From contig BK006945.2 of NCBI GenBank assembly GCA_000146045.2, positions 864,001 to 928,000 of the forward strand: DNA of 64,000 nt, in the 5' to 3' direction. Position numbers and translations under genes: made by a program. The notes beneath the pieces were generated by a model. The model did not search any database. It was not told where the DNA came from and worked only from the letters and a program-made list of their open reading frames with translations. The stretch comes from TPA_inf: Saccharomyces. Lineage: Eukaryota. This document shows, piece after piece, positions 1 through 11,472 of the stretch. Numbering within the stretch: position 1 is the stretch's first letter; every line of letters starts with the position of its first letter.

Positions 1-2784
1 AGTTCGATACAACTCGGGGAACATAAGAAGGATGGATTAGTTTACCGTGACGCATTTACAGGGCAGCAGGCAGTCGATGTCATCTGTGCTATCATTAGAA
101 CTTCTGATAGAAACTTAGCCTTGTTATTTGGTAGATCACTAGATGCACAAAAGCTGTTCCATGATGTGGTATACGAGCACAGGTTAAGAGATTCACCACA
201 TGAAGTTTACGAATTTACAGATAACTCAAGATTTACAGGAACAGGTTCCACAAACGCCCATGATCCACTGATGCTACTCCCAAACTCATCATCTTTTAAT
301 TCCGGGAACCACTCTTATCCGAATTCCGGAATGGTTCCATCAAGTTCAACTTCATCTTTGAATAGTGATCAGGCAACTTTGACAGGGTCGAGGCTACATA
401 TGAGTAGTTCATTGTCCCAGCAAAAGAACCCTGCAGCCATTCATAACGTCAATGGTGTGTTTACATTACTGGCGGAATGCTATTCCCCTACGTGCACAAG
501 AGACGCTTTGTGTTACTCTATTTCGTGTCCAAGACGTCTTGAGCAACAAGCAAGGTTAAATCTGAAACCAAATGGCGGCCTGAAACGTAATATATCAATG
601 GCATTGGATGATGATGACGAAGAAAAGCCATCTTGGACAAGTTCCGTATCTAAAGAGGATTGGGAAAACTTACCAAAAAAGGAAATAAAAAGACAAGAGG
701 CTATTTATGAAGTTTATATCACGGAGAAGAACTTTGTAAAATCATTAGAAATTACAAGAGACACATTCATGAAGACTTTGGCTGAAACAAATATTATTTC
801 AGCAGATATTAGAAAAAATTTCATCAAGCATGTTTTTGCACATATAAACGATATCTATTCAGTGAATAGACGTTTTTTGAAGGCTTTAACTGATAGGCAA
901 AGAAGTTCACCAGTTGTGAGAGGAATTGGGGACATTGTTTTAAGATTCATTCCATTTTTTGAACCATTTGTTTCATATGTCGCTTCAAGACCATATGCGA
1001 AGTACTTGATTGAAACCCAAAGATCAGTCAATCCCTATTTTGCTAGATTTGATGACGATATGATGAGCTCCTCCTTACGTCATGGTATTGATTCGTTTTT
1101 ATCTCAAGGTGTTTCAAGACCAGGTCGATATATGCTATTGGTCAAAGAAATCATGAAATCTACTGACCCCGAGAAGGACAAAAGTGATTATGAAGATTTA
1201 AGCAAAGCCATGGATGCATTAAGGGATTTTATGAAAAGGATTGATCAAGCAAGTGGTGCTGCACAAGATAGACATGATGTAAAATTGTTGAAACAAAAGA
1301 TTCTTTTCAAAAACGAATACGTTAATTTAGGATTAAATGACGAAAGGAGAAAAATTAAACATGAAGGTATACTATCACGGAAGGAGTTGTCAAAATCGGA
1401 CGGAACAGTTGTTGGTGACATACAATTTTATCTTCTAGATAATATGCTCTTATTTTTAAAGGCCAAAGCAGTTAATAAATGGCACCAGCATAAGGTATTC
1501 CAAAGGCCCATTCCATTGCCATTGTTATTTGCATGTCCAGGTGAAGATATGCCTGCGTTGAGGAAATATATTGGAGACCACCCAGATTGTTCAGGAACTG
1601 TAATTCAACCAGAATACAACACGAGTAATCCTAAAAACGCAATAACTTTCTTATACTACGGTGCCAAGCAGAGATATCAAGTTACATTATATGCTGCGCA
1701 ATACGCTGGATTGCAAACGCTTTTGGAAAAAATAAAGCAAGGACAAGCAGCTATTATAAGCAAAACGGAGATGTTCAATGTAACGAAAATGAGCGATAGG
1801 TTCTTCGATTACACCAACAAAATTAACAGTGTTACTTCCTGTGATGGGGGTAGAAAACTTCTGATTGCAACGAACTCTGGATTGTATATGAGCAACATTA
1901 AAAGACAGCAGAATAAAGATCATAGACATAAAAGCTCTGCTTTTTTTTCAACTCCAATCCAACTAGTACAAAGAAATAATATCACTCAAATTGCTGTATT
2001 AGAAGAATTCAAATCAATCATACTTTTAATTGATAAAAAATTATACAGTTGTCCGCTGTCATTAATCGAAGCAGAAGGTAATGGGACATCTTTCTTCAAA
2101 AAGCATCACAAGGAACTGATCAATCATGTGAGTTTCTTCGCAGAAGGAGATTGCAATGGTAAGAGATTAATCGTGACTGCACACAGTTCATCGCATTCAA
2201 TTAAGTACTTCGAGCATGAACATCCATTATTGGCCGAAAAAAATGGTAGTGGTAGCGGTAACAAAAAAAGTCTCAAGAAAAAAATCACCGAGGTTATTTT
2301 TGATTCTGAACCTGTCTCTATTTCATTTCTCAAGGCCAACCTATGCATTGGCTGTAAAAAGGGTTTTCAGATCGTTAGCATTTCACAGAATGCTCATGAA
2401 TCCTTGTTAGATCCGGCCGATACATCATTAGAGTTTGCACTAAGGGATACTTTGAAACCAATGGCAATCTATCGTGTGGGAAATATGTTTTTGCTGTGTT
2501 ACACAGAATTTGCCTTCTTTGTCAATAATCAGGGTTGGAGAAAGAAAGAATCGCATATTATTCATTGGGAGGGAGAGCCCCAAAAATTTGCAATTTGGTA
2601 CCCGTACATCTTGGCATTCGACAGCAACTTCATTGAGATCAGAAAGATTGAAACTGGCGAATTAATTCGTTGCGTCCTTGCTGATAAGATTCGACTTCTA
2701 CAAACAAGTACTCAAGAAATCCTGTACTGCTACGAGGATTATCGCGGGTATGATACAGTTGCGTCGTTAGATTTCTGGGGTTAA
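1..2784 (+). CDS. ROM2: Rho1 GDP/GTP exchange factor, C-terminal part (5'-truncated at the window edge)
   Basis: Frame 1 is open from nt 1 with no upstream stop, so the ORF-track start at 121 is only the first internal Met. The translation shows a DEP-like segment (GLVYRDAFTGQQAVDVICAIIRTSDRNLALL), a DH/RhoGEF region and a C-terminal CNH region. It lies immediately upstream of ELO3, as YLR371W does. The stop is at 2782-2784. Confidence 0.88.
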   Translation, partial: SSIQLGEHKKDGLVYRDAFTGQQAVDVICAIIRTSDRNLALLFGRSLDAQKLFHDVVYEHRLRDSPHEVYEFTDNSRFTGTGSTNAHDPLMLLPNSSSFNSGNHSYPNSGMVPSSSTSSLNSDQATLTGSRLHMSSSLSQQKNPAAIHNVNGVFTLLAECYSPTCTRDALCYSISCPRRLEQQARLNLKPNGGLKRNISMALDDDDEEKPSWTSSVSKEDWENLPKKEIKRQEAIYEVYITEKNFVKSLEITRDTFMKTLAETNIISADIRKNFIKHVFAHINDIYSVNRRFLKALTDRQRSSPVVRGIGDIVLRFIPFFEPFVSYVASRPYAKYLIETQRSVNPYFARFDDDMMSSSLRHGIDSFLSQGVSRPGRYMLLVKEIMKSTDPEKDKSDYEDLSKAMDALRDFMKRIDQASGAAQDRHDVKLLKQKILFKNEYVNLGLNDERRKIKHEGILSRKELSKSDGTVVGDIQFYLLDNMLLFLKAKAVNKWHQHKVFQRPIPLPLLFACPGEDMPALRKYIGDHPDCSGTVIQPEYNTSNPKNAITFLYYGAKQRYQVTLYAAQYAGLQTLLEKIKQGQAAIISKTEMFNVTKMSDRFFDYTNKINSVTSCDGGRKLLIATNSGLYMSNIKRQQNKDHRHKSSAFFSTPIQLVQRNNITQIAVLEEFKSIILLIDKKLYSCPLSLIEAEGNGTSFFKKHHKELINHVSFFAEGDCNGKRLIVTAHSSSHSIKYFEHEHPLLAEKNGSGSGNKKSLKKKITEVIFDSEPVSISFLKANLCIGCKKGFQIVSISQNAHESLLDPADTSLEFALRDTLKPMAIYRVGNMFLLCYTEFAFFVNNQGWRKKESHIIHWEGEPQKFAIWYPYILAFDSNFIEIRKIETGELIRCVLADKIRLLQTSTQEILYCYEDYRGYDTVASLDFWG

Positions 2785-3102
2785 GATAGCAACGTATATA
2801 GACTTTCCTTATTTTCTTTAGAATAAAAAGCATAACTAAAGTTGTAAAAGGAGCAGAATTATGAATAATAAACATTGATGACAATAGTGGAAAACGACAT
2901 AAATAATAATTTTATAATATAATAATGATAATTCACCGTCAGAGGGATTTGTATGCAAATGATTGATGACGCGAGAAAAAAAAACGCGAAATTTTTCTTC
3001 CCAAAGCTTCGAAGTTTTTATTCCGTCCACAAAGTGAAAAATTTTCAGAAAATTTTCCAGACTGTGAATAAACAAAAGGTTGGCTTACGCATTTGGCTTG
3101 TC

Positions 3103-3114
3103 TTTTTTTTTTTT
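3103..3114 (+). promoter_or_regulatory. Poly(dT) tract of 12 T about 240 bp upstream of the ELO3 ATG; a likely nucleosome-excluding promoter element
   Basis: tctttttttttttttcac. Poly(dA:dT) tracts are common yeast promoter elements. Confidence 0.5.
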
Positions 3115-3347
3115 CACAGGTTCTTAGTAAATAATTGTATAAAATATTTATCTGGAGTCTTCTGTTTGTTGTTTAGCCTTGTTTGAAGTTTTATTTAACT
3201 TATTACCCCAGTTAGGTACTGTGTATTTTCCGCATATCTGGTGTCTTTTTATTTGGTCATTGATTGGTTTTTGACAGCTCTTCACTCGCTTCAAGCTTAC
3301 TTCTAGTTTATTTATTCGGCTTTTTTCCGTTTGTTTACGAAACATAA

Positions 3348-4391
<1,044 letters not shown>

Positions 4392-4661
4392 ATAGGAAGC
4401 GAGAATTTTTGACAGCGAATGAAAAAGAAAAAAATTAAATGTTAACATTTTCTTTATATTAAATATGTACGATAAATGAAATCATTATTATAGAAATGAT
4501 AGATTATTGGCTTGGTGTTTTTCCCATTTTGATTAATCATTTCCTTAGCTGCCCAAAGAATTGCACGCTTACAGTGAGGAGTAGTGATACATTACAATTA
4601 TAAAATAAAATTATATAGCAGCTAAAATTTAAAACAAACAGACTTTGTTCCTTTGTATGTC

Positions 4662-7367
4662 CTATGGAAGATACTGACTTGCAGTTTGTAAAGTGTCCAA
4701 GTCGTAATCCACTTTACTTGCCACGAATTGATCATTGAATAATTTAATTTTAATAATCTCTTGAGTTAAATCGGGATGTACTCTGGGAATGAAGTCATTT
4801 AAAAATGAGTACTCTCCCCTAATGGAGGAAGATGACTGACATTGCATTATCTTGAACAAAATTCTAATTATCGGCCCAGCATCATTATCTAAGTATTGGG
4901 ACCAGAACGCGTTACACACAGGAACATGGATATCAAGTAACTCTTCAATGAAGTTCATTGGTTGTTCTAGCTCTCCAATAATAGAGTCCTCTGTTATTAT
5001 TCTCTTCTTGAAACGGCCACTATCTCTAATGAAATTGCTTTGTTCACAATACGACCTGTAAGATATGGGTACGATGGAGTTTACTGTACTCAAGTAATCA
5101 TATAAGTCCTCTTGAATGATTTGTAAAAAGATACTATCTATTTCCTTTGATATGGTAGAGTCCGATAAATGATGGGTATCGCTAAGAGAACCAAATGATA
5201 GGTTATTATTGCTATTCTGTGGTTGTTGTTCCGGTAATACAGAATTTTCTCCACCAGTAGGATCTATATCTATTCTTGATGCGGGCGTATTTGAATTCGA
5301 GTGGTTGTCGTTGTCGTTATCATGTTCGTTATCATTATTGTCGCTGTTGTTGCCGCTTCTATTGTTGATGTTGTTCGTCTGATTATCAGTGTGAATGTTC
5401 ATGTTGCTATGATTGGAAGTATTATGACTGTTGTTAACGTTGCCTATTGTGTGTAAATTCAAAAACCTTTTCAATAAACTGAAAATTGATGTAGAAAGTT
5501 TGTCGACTATTTCAGAAAGTGAAATGGTATGAAAAGAATATTCCAGGACTTCTCTTTCGAATAAAATCGCAGGACACAAGAACATTGCTAAAAGGTTCAT
5601 ATCGTCTGAAAATAAAATGGTTTTGAATTCTTGAATTTTAGACAAAAATGTTTCAAATGGTGCAATTAACCGTTGAAATTGTAGGCTGCCCAAGGTGGAC
5701 AACAGATGCTTTTCAATAGACATTATGGCGAACAAAACATAGGTAAAGTTTAAGCTTTTGGAAGAAGTAAAGAACTTTAGTATTCTATTGATGGAATTCA
5801 AAGTAATTAATAAATAGTCTATTATTTGAAAGTCGATTTCGTTGAATTTTTCAATTTGGATAGAAGATTGATATTCTTCTATTATGGGACGAAGGTTCAA
5901 AAAAGTTTGCAGTGAAACGGTGGCGGTAGAGTAACGGGATAAATCGAATTTCGAACAAACGAATTCGAAGCCAAATTTTTCACACAATGAACGGAATTTA
6001 TCTAACTGCCACGAATTAGATTGTAAATCATCCAAAAAAGAATTGATTCTGGAAAAAATGGAATTCGAAATATCTATATTTGACAAATCAATTAGAGAGT
6101 CCAATAAAGTCAAAGGTTCTTTGGAGAATGATGATTGTCTCGGATGCGTAATATCGGCGGATTTAGGCGTACCGAACAATGGCAATATCGCAGAATTTAT
6201 TATGGAAATAATGCAATTGTGATAATAGTTTTTAGCATTCGTATACGTATTCGGGAAAAAGGGTTGGCTATCCATTACGTTTAGTAGATCTACTATTTGA
6301 GATCTTGGTAGAGTGATAGAAATCACAGTATTTTGTAAACCAGGTAATTCTTGTGAGATTTTGAGCAGTTGAGCTGGAATAGATAGTTTGGGGTCATTGT
6401 TATATTCATGTAAGTTTTGGATGATAAGGGGTAAAGTCTTTACTTGGGAATGAAAATCATCATAGTACTGAATACTCAATATAGATATCGTGTTATTCCA
6501 AACGGAGTGGCTTAGAGAGAAAAAATTGATTTTTTGCATTTCAAATAATTGGTTCTTCAACCTGTTTGATAACTGATTAGATCTATCGGTTGGGTCCATT
6601 AGTAAGTAGTTTTTGTCGATAATCAACGACAAATCGGAATTGTTTCGCAAAGCTGTCCTTTGAATGATTCTATCGAGATTATATGCGATGGACCTGATAG
6701 CATTCAGAATTAAGTCATGGTCAATGAAGCTTAGTGAGTTGGCGTTCTGATTGATCAAAAGGCGTACGGCAGTGTTGTCTACGAACGACAGAGGCAAGTT
6801 TTCTGATGCAATTATGATCGCAAGCGACTGCACAAGAGGCAAGGCCATTTCTTTTTCCCTAGTTCTCTTCAAAAAGTCCTCGTCTATTTCCAGCAGGTTA
6901 GCAATGCTGTTCGTTGTGGCGCTACCGCCTTGATGGTTCTTCAAAGGTGGTCTGACCATAAAAGTAGAACCTGCTTCTACGCCCGTCCATCCGCTATAGT
7001 AATTGGCATTCGGGTCTATCTTATGCGTGCTCCACAAATGAGTTTGCGAGGCTTCCGCCATGCTTATGCTGTTTCCTTGCCGTCTTATTATCACACCGCA
7101 GTACTTGCATTTTACTGCCTCCAGCATCTTGTCTACACCCAGAAAATGGCCCAAGTAGCGTGACCTGTCTCTGGTAAGCATATATGCGGGCACCCATTCG
7201 CTACCATCCTCTGCTAACGACTCCCTTTCCTCATCTCTATCTCCATCTGTATCTGTATCCGTATTTGTGGCCGTCGTAGCCGCCGTCGCCGACGATACAG
7301 TTGAATTCATGGGAGGCAACACCAATCCTCTTTCAGCACTCTGTACCTGTGTGTCCATCGCTCTCAT
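4662..7367 (-). CDS. VID22: BED-zinc-finger / hAT-transposase-related protein (Vid22 family), 901 aa
   Basis: The 901-aa ORF has a BED-type C2H2 region (CKYCGVIIRR...HLWSTH) and an Asn/Asp-rich low-complexity tract. Its length and neighbours match YLR373C. Confidence 0.85.
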   Translation of the reverse strand: MRAMDTQVQSAERGLVLPPMNSTVSSATAATTATNTDTDTDGDRDEERESLAEDGSEWVPAYMLTRDRSRYLGHFLGVDKMLEAVKCKYCGVIIRRQGNSISMAEASQTHLWSTHKIDPNANYYSGWTGVEAGSTFMVRPPLKNHQGGSATTNSIANLLEIDEDFLKRTREKEMALPLVQSLAIIIASENLPLSFVDNTAVRLLINQNANSLSFIDHDLILNAIRSIAYNLDRIIQRTALRNNSDLSLIIDKNYLLMDPTDRSNQLSNRLKNQLFEMQKINFFSLSHSVWNNTISILSIQYYDDFHSQVKTLPLIIQNLHEYNNDPKLSIPAQLLKISQELPGLQNTVISITLPRSQIVDLLNVMDSQPFFPNTYTNAKNYYHNCIISIINSAILPLFGTPKSADITHPRQSSFSKEPLTLLDSLIDLSNIDISNSIFSRINSFLDDLQSNSWQLDKFRSLCEKFGFEFVCSKFDLSRYSTATVSLQTFLNLRPIIEEYQSSIQIEKFNEIDFQIIDYLLITLNSINRILKFFTSSKSLNFTYVLFAIMSIEKHLLSTLGSLQFQRLIAPFETFLSKIQEFKTILFSDDMNLLAMFLCPAILFEREVLEYSFHTISLSEIVDKLSTSIFSLLKRFLNLHTIGNVNNSHNTSNHSNMNIHTDNQTNNINNRSGNNSDNNDNEHDNDNDNHSNSNTPASRIDIDPTGGENSVLPEQQPQNSNNNLSFGSLSDTHHLSDSTISKEIDSIFLQIIQEDLYDYLSTVNSIVPISYRSYCEQSNFIRDSGRFKKRIITEDSIIGELEQPMNFIEELLDIHVPVCNAFWSQYLDNDAGPIIRILFKIMQCQSSSSIRGEYSFLNDFIPRVHPDLTQEIIKIKLFNDQFVASKVDYDLDTLQTASQYLP
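5290..5420 (-). repeat. Asn/Asp-rich low-complexity coding tract in VID22 (NNINNRSGNNSDNNDNEHDNDNDNHSNSN)
   Basis: AAT/GAT/GAC-rich DNA on the minus strand (gttgtcgttatcatgttcgttatcattattgtcgctgttgtt). Confidence 0.8.
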
Positions 7368-7696
7368 ATGTGCTCTCGTGCTTGTTTATCCTGTGGATGC
7401 TGCCAGCAAACTCTCTCTTTCCCATCTCTTGATGGTTCATGTTATGTGTTGTTTATTGTTTGCTGATCCCATTCGCGCTTTCCCGGCCGTGGTAAATGAC
7501 TACACGGTGAATAATTGCGCCATTTTTTCGCCGTTGCGGTGTTTTTTTTGTAGCCGTTGGAAGCATGGCAGTACCATCTGGAACAAAGCAACGGTATAAA
7601 GAAGACAGACTGTTGGTAAGCGCTGCATGTTGGTGACAAAAAGTTGGTTTCGAGAAATCAGGGTGGGTGTTTTTTGTGTGGCATGTGCAGCGAGCG

Positions 7697-8728
7697 ATGA
7701 GTAATGCAAACAATAGTGCTATGAACCACATCACGTTGCCTCCCATCTCGTCATTTGACAACCTTATCAAGGCAGCCGAGAGACAATATAATGGCGAGGC
7801 TTCGTCCGCCTCGACACATCCGACACTGCCTAATATGAACATTAGTAACGGCAGTGGCAGTGCGGGCGCATCATCGTCGATGCTGAGCTATCAGTTGCTT
7901 CCGCACTCCAATGATGTGTCCCGGTCGAACTCCAGCTCGAGCTTCCTTCCCTCCGTGCAGCAGCCTACGGAAGGTTCCGCTTCTGCATCGGAAACTTCTT
8001 CATCTGCATCACCTTCACGTTCCATTTCACCAATTTTAAAAGTGGCTGGTCCTTCATCTGTTGGCGGTGCCGGGGTGAGTACCCCCCATAGCACCAAAAT
8101 CAATAAGCCAAGGAAAAAGAAGCAATGTCCAATTTGTCGTAATTTTTATGCCAATCTGACCACGCACAAGGCAACGCACTTGACGCCAGAGGATCGGCCT
8201 CACAAGTGTCCCATCTGCCACCGCGGGTTCGCCAGGAACAATGACTTATTGAGGCATAAGAAAAGACATTGGAAGGATGAGATACTGTCCCAATCGGGAG
8301 TACTTTCGAACCATAATGATGGTAAGGGAGGATCCGTTTCTCCCAATGATGATGATACCCATGAAAAAATGACACCGATGAATTCTGTCACAGATTATGC
8401 ACAATTGAAATCGTTGCATCAAATCAAGGGCACATTCAAGTGCCCATTCAACTCCACCTTAATACAATTGGACATGGATATGTACCCGTATAAACTGAAA
8501 CCTTTAAATTTTGAGACTTCCAATTGTCACCAGACGGGGGTGTTCTCACGTTGCGACACCTTCAAAAACCATTTAAAGGCTTTGCATTTTGAATACCCGC
8601 CAGGCACGAAGAAAAAGGATAGAAATGTTGTTCCTGGTAGATGTAAGCATTGCGGCCTGAAGTTCGAGAACGTTGACGTTTGGCTCAACGAACACGTAGG
8701 TAAACAATGCGGCTATAAATACCATTGA
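7697..8728 (+). CDS. STP3: C2H2 zinc-finger protein, Stp family; 343 aa from the second in-frame ATG
   Basis: The ORF track begins at 7667 (MFFVWHVQRA-MSNANN...). Starting at 7697 gives 343 aa, the known Stp3 length. It has two C2H2 fingers (CPICRNFYANLTTHKATH; HKCPICHRGFARNNDLLRHKKRH) and a Ser-rich N-terminus. Confidence 0.85.
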   Translation: MSNANNSAMNHITLPPISSFDNLIKAAERQYNGEASSASTHPTLPNMNISNGSGSAGASSSMLSYQLLPHSNDVSRSNSSSSFLPSVQQPTEGSASASETSSSASPSRSISPILKVAGPSSVGGAGVSTPHSTKINKPRKKKQCPICRNFYANLTTHKATHLTPEDRPHKCPICHRGFARNNDLLRHKKRHWKDEILSQSGVLSNHNDGKGGSVSPNDDDTHEKMTPMNSVTDYAQLKSLHQIKGTFKCPFNSTLIQLDMDMYPYKLKPLNFETSNCHQTGVFSRCDTFKNHLKALHFEYPPGTKKKDRNVVPGRCKHCGLKFENVDVWLNEHVGKQCGYKYH

Positions 8729-8825
8729 TTCCCGGCAGCATAACGACTTTTCCCCTGTTTTTATTAGTACTAGTAGATATTTAATTTATGTATCTGAGTT
8801 TTTAATGTTTTTTTTCCTTCTCTTA

Positions 8826-9554
8826 TCATTCTTCAAGTGCGGCTATCCTTCTGTACTGTGGCCTGCCGTCAACAACTTCTCTGTAGATTATCAGATCCAT
8901 TCCCTTCATGTATGAATCAGGTAGTTTTGTGGGGTACAGTGTAACGCCGCTTTTCCTCTTGATTGACCACTTATCAACTAAGGTGTTTTCGATACCATTA
9001 TAGAAGTCTGTGGGAAAACTTTTGGTGATGATCCAGCAGCCCAAAAATTCTCTTAGTTTCCTTAGAATCTTAAACAGTTTTTCAAATTTCGATAAATTTA
9101 TTACATCATAGTTTTTGTCGCTTTCAAAATTCAAGAAAGACAAATTGTCGATTACTATTCCTCGTAATTGAAAGTTGAAATTATCAACCTGGCACCTCCT
9201 TAACGCATCCATGGGAGAGTCATACAGTAACTCTAGAAATACGATTAATCCCGTGATGTTTATGCAAGATAGCGAATTCATGTAGATCGCGCCATGCTGT
9301 CTTTGCTTTTGTTGGGACCATATTGATACTATATCTATGATTAGGATCTTTTCGTCCCCCGTAGTACAATTCACCAACTTTTGCAGCGCTACCGAAGGTT
9401 TAAAATCACTTTCAATGATGTGCAAGAACCCTAGTTTACTCTCCTGCTCTTCACTAATTAGGTTTCTTAATTCATTTGGTAGGTTTATATAGTTCTTGGT
9501 TGATGTGATGAAGTTTGACAAAGGATAAATTCTAATGTTCTTTAAAACTTCCAT
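8826..9554 (-). CDS. PSY3: Shu-complex subunit (Rad51-paralog-like), 242 aa
   Basis: The 242-aa ORF matches the remembered Psy3 length and N-terminus (MEVLKNIRIYPLSNF...). It sits between STP3 and FBP1 as YLR376C does. Confidence 0.85.
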   Translation of the reverse strand: MEVLKNIRIYPLSNFITSTKNYINLPNELRNLISEEQESKLGFLHIIESDFKPSVALQKLVNCTTGDEKILIIDIVSIWSQQKQRQHGAIYMNSLSCINITGLIVFLELLYDSPMDALRRCQVDNFNFQLRGIVIDNLSFLNFESDKNYDVINLSKFEKLFKILRKLREFLGCWIITKSFPTDFYNGIENTLVDKWSIKRKSGVTLYPTKLPDSYMKGMDLIIYREVVDGRPQYRRIAALEE

Positions 9555-9626
9555 CCCATTCCATTCGCTACTTCCTTTCTCTTTTCCTAAGAATTTTCAT
9601 TATTAGAAGGAGTAATGCTTACGGTA

Positions 9627-9670
9627 CACATACATACACATATATATATATAAATATATATATATATAAG
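9627..9670. repeat. (CA/TA)n then (TA)n microsatellite in the PSY3 upstream / FBP1 downstream intergenic region
   Basis: acacatacatacacatatatatatataaatatatatatatataag. Confidence 0.9.
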
Positions 9671-9745
9671 GACATATACAGATTTTTTTTTTTCGCGTAC
9701 TAAAGTACAGAACAAAGAAAATAAGAAAAGAAGGCGATCATTGAA

Positions 9746-10792
9746 CTACTGTGACTTGCCAATATGGTCTAAAAATTTGTCAATTTCACCTGAAGAACCC
9801 AACCAAATAGAAGATTTGTCATGGATATGACTTGGCACCAAATCCAAGATTCTCTCTCCGCGATCGTTGACCGCTTTTCCCCCTGCTTGTTCCATTAAGA
9901 AAGCCATTGGGAAGGCCTCATAAAGCAACCTCAGTTTTCCGTTGGGGCTCTTCTTGTCGCAAGGGTATGCGAAAAGGCCACCGTAAAGAAACGTCCTGTG
10001 AACATCAGCAACCATGGATCCAACATACCTAGCCGAGAAAGGCTTGTTGTTGTTGTCTGCTTGGGGTTGTTTGACTTTCTCAATAAATGTTCTTATAGTC
10101 TCGTTCCAGTAGAGGGTGTTACCTTCATTAATTGAGTAGATGGCCTTTTGAGGCGGAATTCTTAAGTTAGGATGAGTCAAGATGAATTCGCCCAAGTTTG
10201 TGTCTAAGGTAAACCCATCAACTCCATCACCCAATGTCAATACTAGATGCGTAGAGGATCCGTACATGGCATAGCAAGCGGCTACCATTTCTTTACCACA
10301 TCTCAGTACGTCGTTTATAGTACCTGATGAGTCTGGTAGCAGTCTGAATATAGACGCGATAGTTCCAACGGAGACACCGGCGTCCAAATTTGAGGAGCCA
10401 TCAATAGGATCACAACACACTGCGTATGAGCCCGTGTTTGTGGGAAAAACGATCAAGTCTTCCTGTTCTTCAGATACAAGGACCTTGATGATCCCACTAG
10501 CCCTCATGGCATTGATAAATATTTCATCACCTAGAACGTCCAACTTCTTTTGCTGGTCACCAGTGAAGTTGGAAGCGCCTGCTAACCCAACCAAGTTAAC
10601 CAATTCAGCACGTCTGATGGTGTGAGATACAAATTTGAACGCGAATTGCAAGGCATTCAGTACTAATGTGAAATCACCAGTAGCGTTCTTAAATTGCTTC
10701 TGGTGCTCGATTATGAATCTAGGAAGAGTGATGATATCGGTATCAAACCCTTCGGTAGAGTCTCTTCTTGGTCCATTTACTAGAGTTGGCAT
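9746..10792 (-). CDS. FBP1: Fructose-1,6-bisphosphatase, 348 aa
   Basis: FBPase signature regions are present (DPIDGSSNLDAGVSVGTI, GKLRLLYEAFPMAFLMEQAGG). The N-terminus MPTLVNGPRRDSTEGFDTDIITLPRF matches yeast Fbp1. Confidence 0.96.
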   Translation of the reverse strand: MPTLVNGPRRDSTEGFDTDIITLPRFIIEHQKQFKNATGDFTLVLNALQFAFKFVSHTIRRAELVNLVGLAGASNFTGDQQKKLDVLGDEIFINAMRASGIIKVLVSEEQEDLIVFPTNTGSYAVCCDPIDGSSNLDAGVSVGTIASIFRLLPDSSGTINDVLRCGKEMVAACYAMYGSSTHLVLTLGDGVDGFTLDTNLGEFILTHPNLRIPPQKAIYSINEGNTLYWNETIRTFIEKVKQPQADNNNKPFSARYVGSMVADVHRTFLYGGLFAYPCDKKSPNGKLRLLYEAFPMAFLMEQAGGKAVNDRGERILDLVPSHIHDKSSIWLGSSGEIDKFLDHIGKSQ

Positions 10793-11285
10793 ATGTGTGG
10801 TAGTATGAGGGATGTTTCTTATATGTTCGCACTGTTATTCTTAGGCCTATCATACAAAAAGCAAGATCAAGACAAAATACACGTCTGTAATTGCACTACT
10901 TGTTGCTCCATATATATACGTACATTTGTTAGCGAGTGAAATGGATAATATTGCCTATACATAGGACGATCCTTATAATATAGTGTGGGGAAGATGCCAC
11001 AAGTTGGCAAGCGACAGGAAGAAACCAAGCAAACCAAAAAAAAAGTAGTGGGTATTGGCCAGTTCGGCAATCTTCGCCTTCAAATTCCCTGTCTCAACTT
11101 TTTAAGCTTTCTTGATATGTGGGAATACCAGGCTATTGCTGCCTTGCGTTGGCTCTTACGCCCTTAACATTACCTAGCTTTACTACATAATGAGCTTTCG
11201 GGCCCGCATAACTCCGGGTGTCCGCACGACCGCGACTACTAAGAATAATAATAATACCCCGGAGGTGAATTCAAAAGCGGCGATT

Positions 11286-11296
11286 CCATCCGTCCG
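11286..11296. promoter_or_regulatory. Carbon-source-responsive element (CSRE, Cat8/Sip4 site) in the FBP1 upstream region
   Basis: CCATCCGTCCG matches the CSRE consensus CCRTYSRNCCG at every position. It lies about 495-505 bp upstream of the FBP1 ATG, where the FBP1 UAS elements are reported. Confidence 0.55.
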
Positions 11297-11376
11297 GAAA
11301 AGAGAGCAGAAGTTAGCCCGGGACCATGCAGTTTGATGGGTTGTCTATCTTAGACTGGAAAATTCGAAGAACTCAT

Positions 11377-11472
11377 CCTTGTTAGCTCAGTTGGTAGAGC
11401 GTTCGGCTTTTAAGCGCATTTGCTTAAGCAAGGATACCGAAATGTCAGGGGTTCGAGCCCCCTATGAGGAGT
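11377..11472 (+). tRNA. tK(UUU): tRNA-Lys (anticodon UUU) with a 23-nt intron; 73-nt mature tRNA
   Basis: TCCTTGTTAGCTCAGTTGGTAGAGCGTTCGGCTTTTAA-[intron]-CCGAAATGTCAGGGGTTCGAGCCCCCTATGAGGAG has an A box (TAGCTCAGTTGG) and a B box (GGTTCGAGCCC). The cloverleaf is consistent and the anticodon TTT is at 11410-11412. A T9 tract follows downstream. Confidence 0.93.
11414..11436 (+). other. tRNA intron (23 nt), 1 nt 3' of the anticodon; contains a segment complementary to the anticodon loop
   Basis: The genomic TTTTAA|GCGCATTTGCTTAAGCAAGGATA|CCGAA differs from the mature TTTTAACCGAA. The exact boundary is ambiguous by 1 nt because of the repeated A. Confidence 0.8.

Noticed and set aside
7453-7842. 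129-aa minus-strand ORF overlapping the STP3 5' end and the VID22/STP3 promoter (YLR374C-like dubious ORF)
   Set aside because: It overlaps a well-supported gene on the opposite strand. It is Cys/His-rich with odd composition and no family resemblance, the classic dubious-ORF pattern.
11255-11275. Mig1-like GC box (aataataataCCCCGGagg) in the FBP1 upstream region
   Set aside because: The A/T-rich flank is on the wrong side of the SYGGGG box for a canonical Mig1 site. I do not call it.
11160-11376. Possible Ty LTR (delta/sigma/tau) remnant upstream of the tRNA-Lys gene
   Set aside because: I found no TGTTG...CAACA LTR termini and nothing resembling the sigma start TGTTGTATCTCAAAATGAGATATG at the expected about 17-bp upstream position. 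The GC-rich block is better explained as FBP1 UAS sequence.
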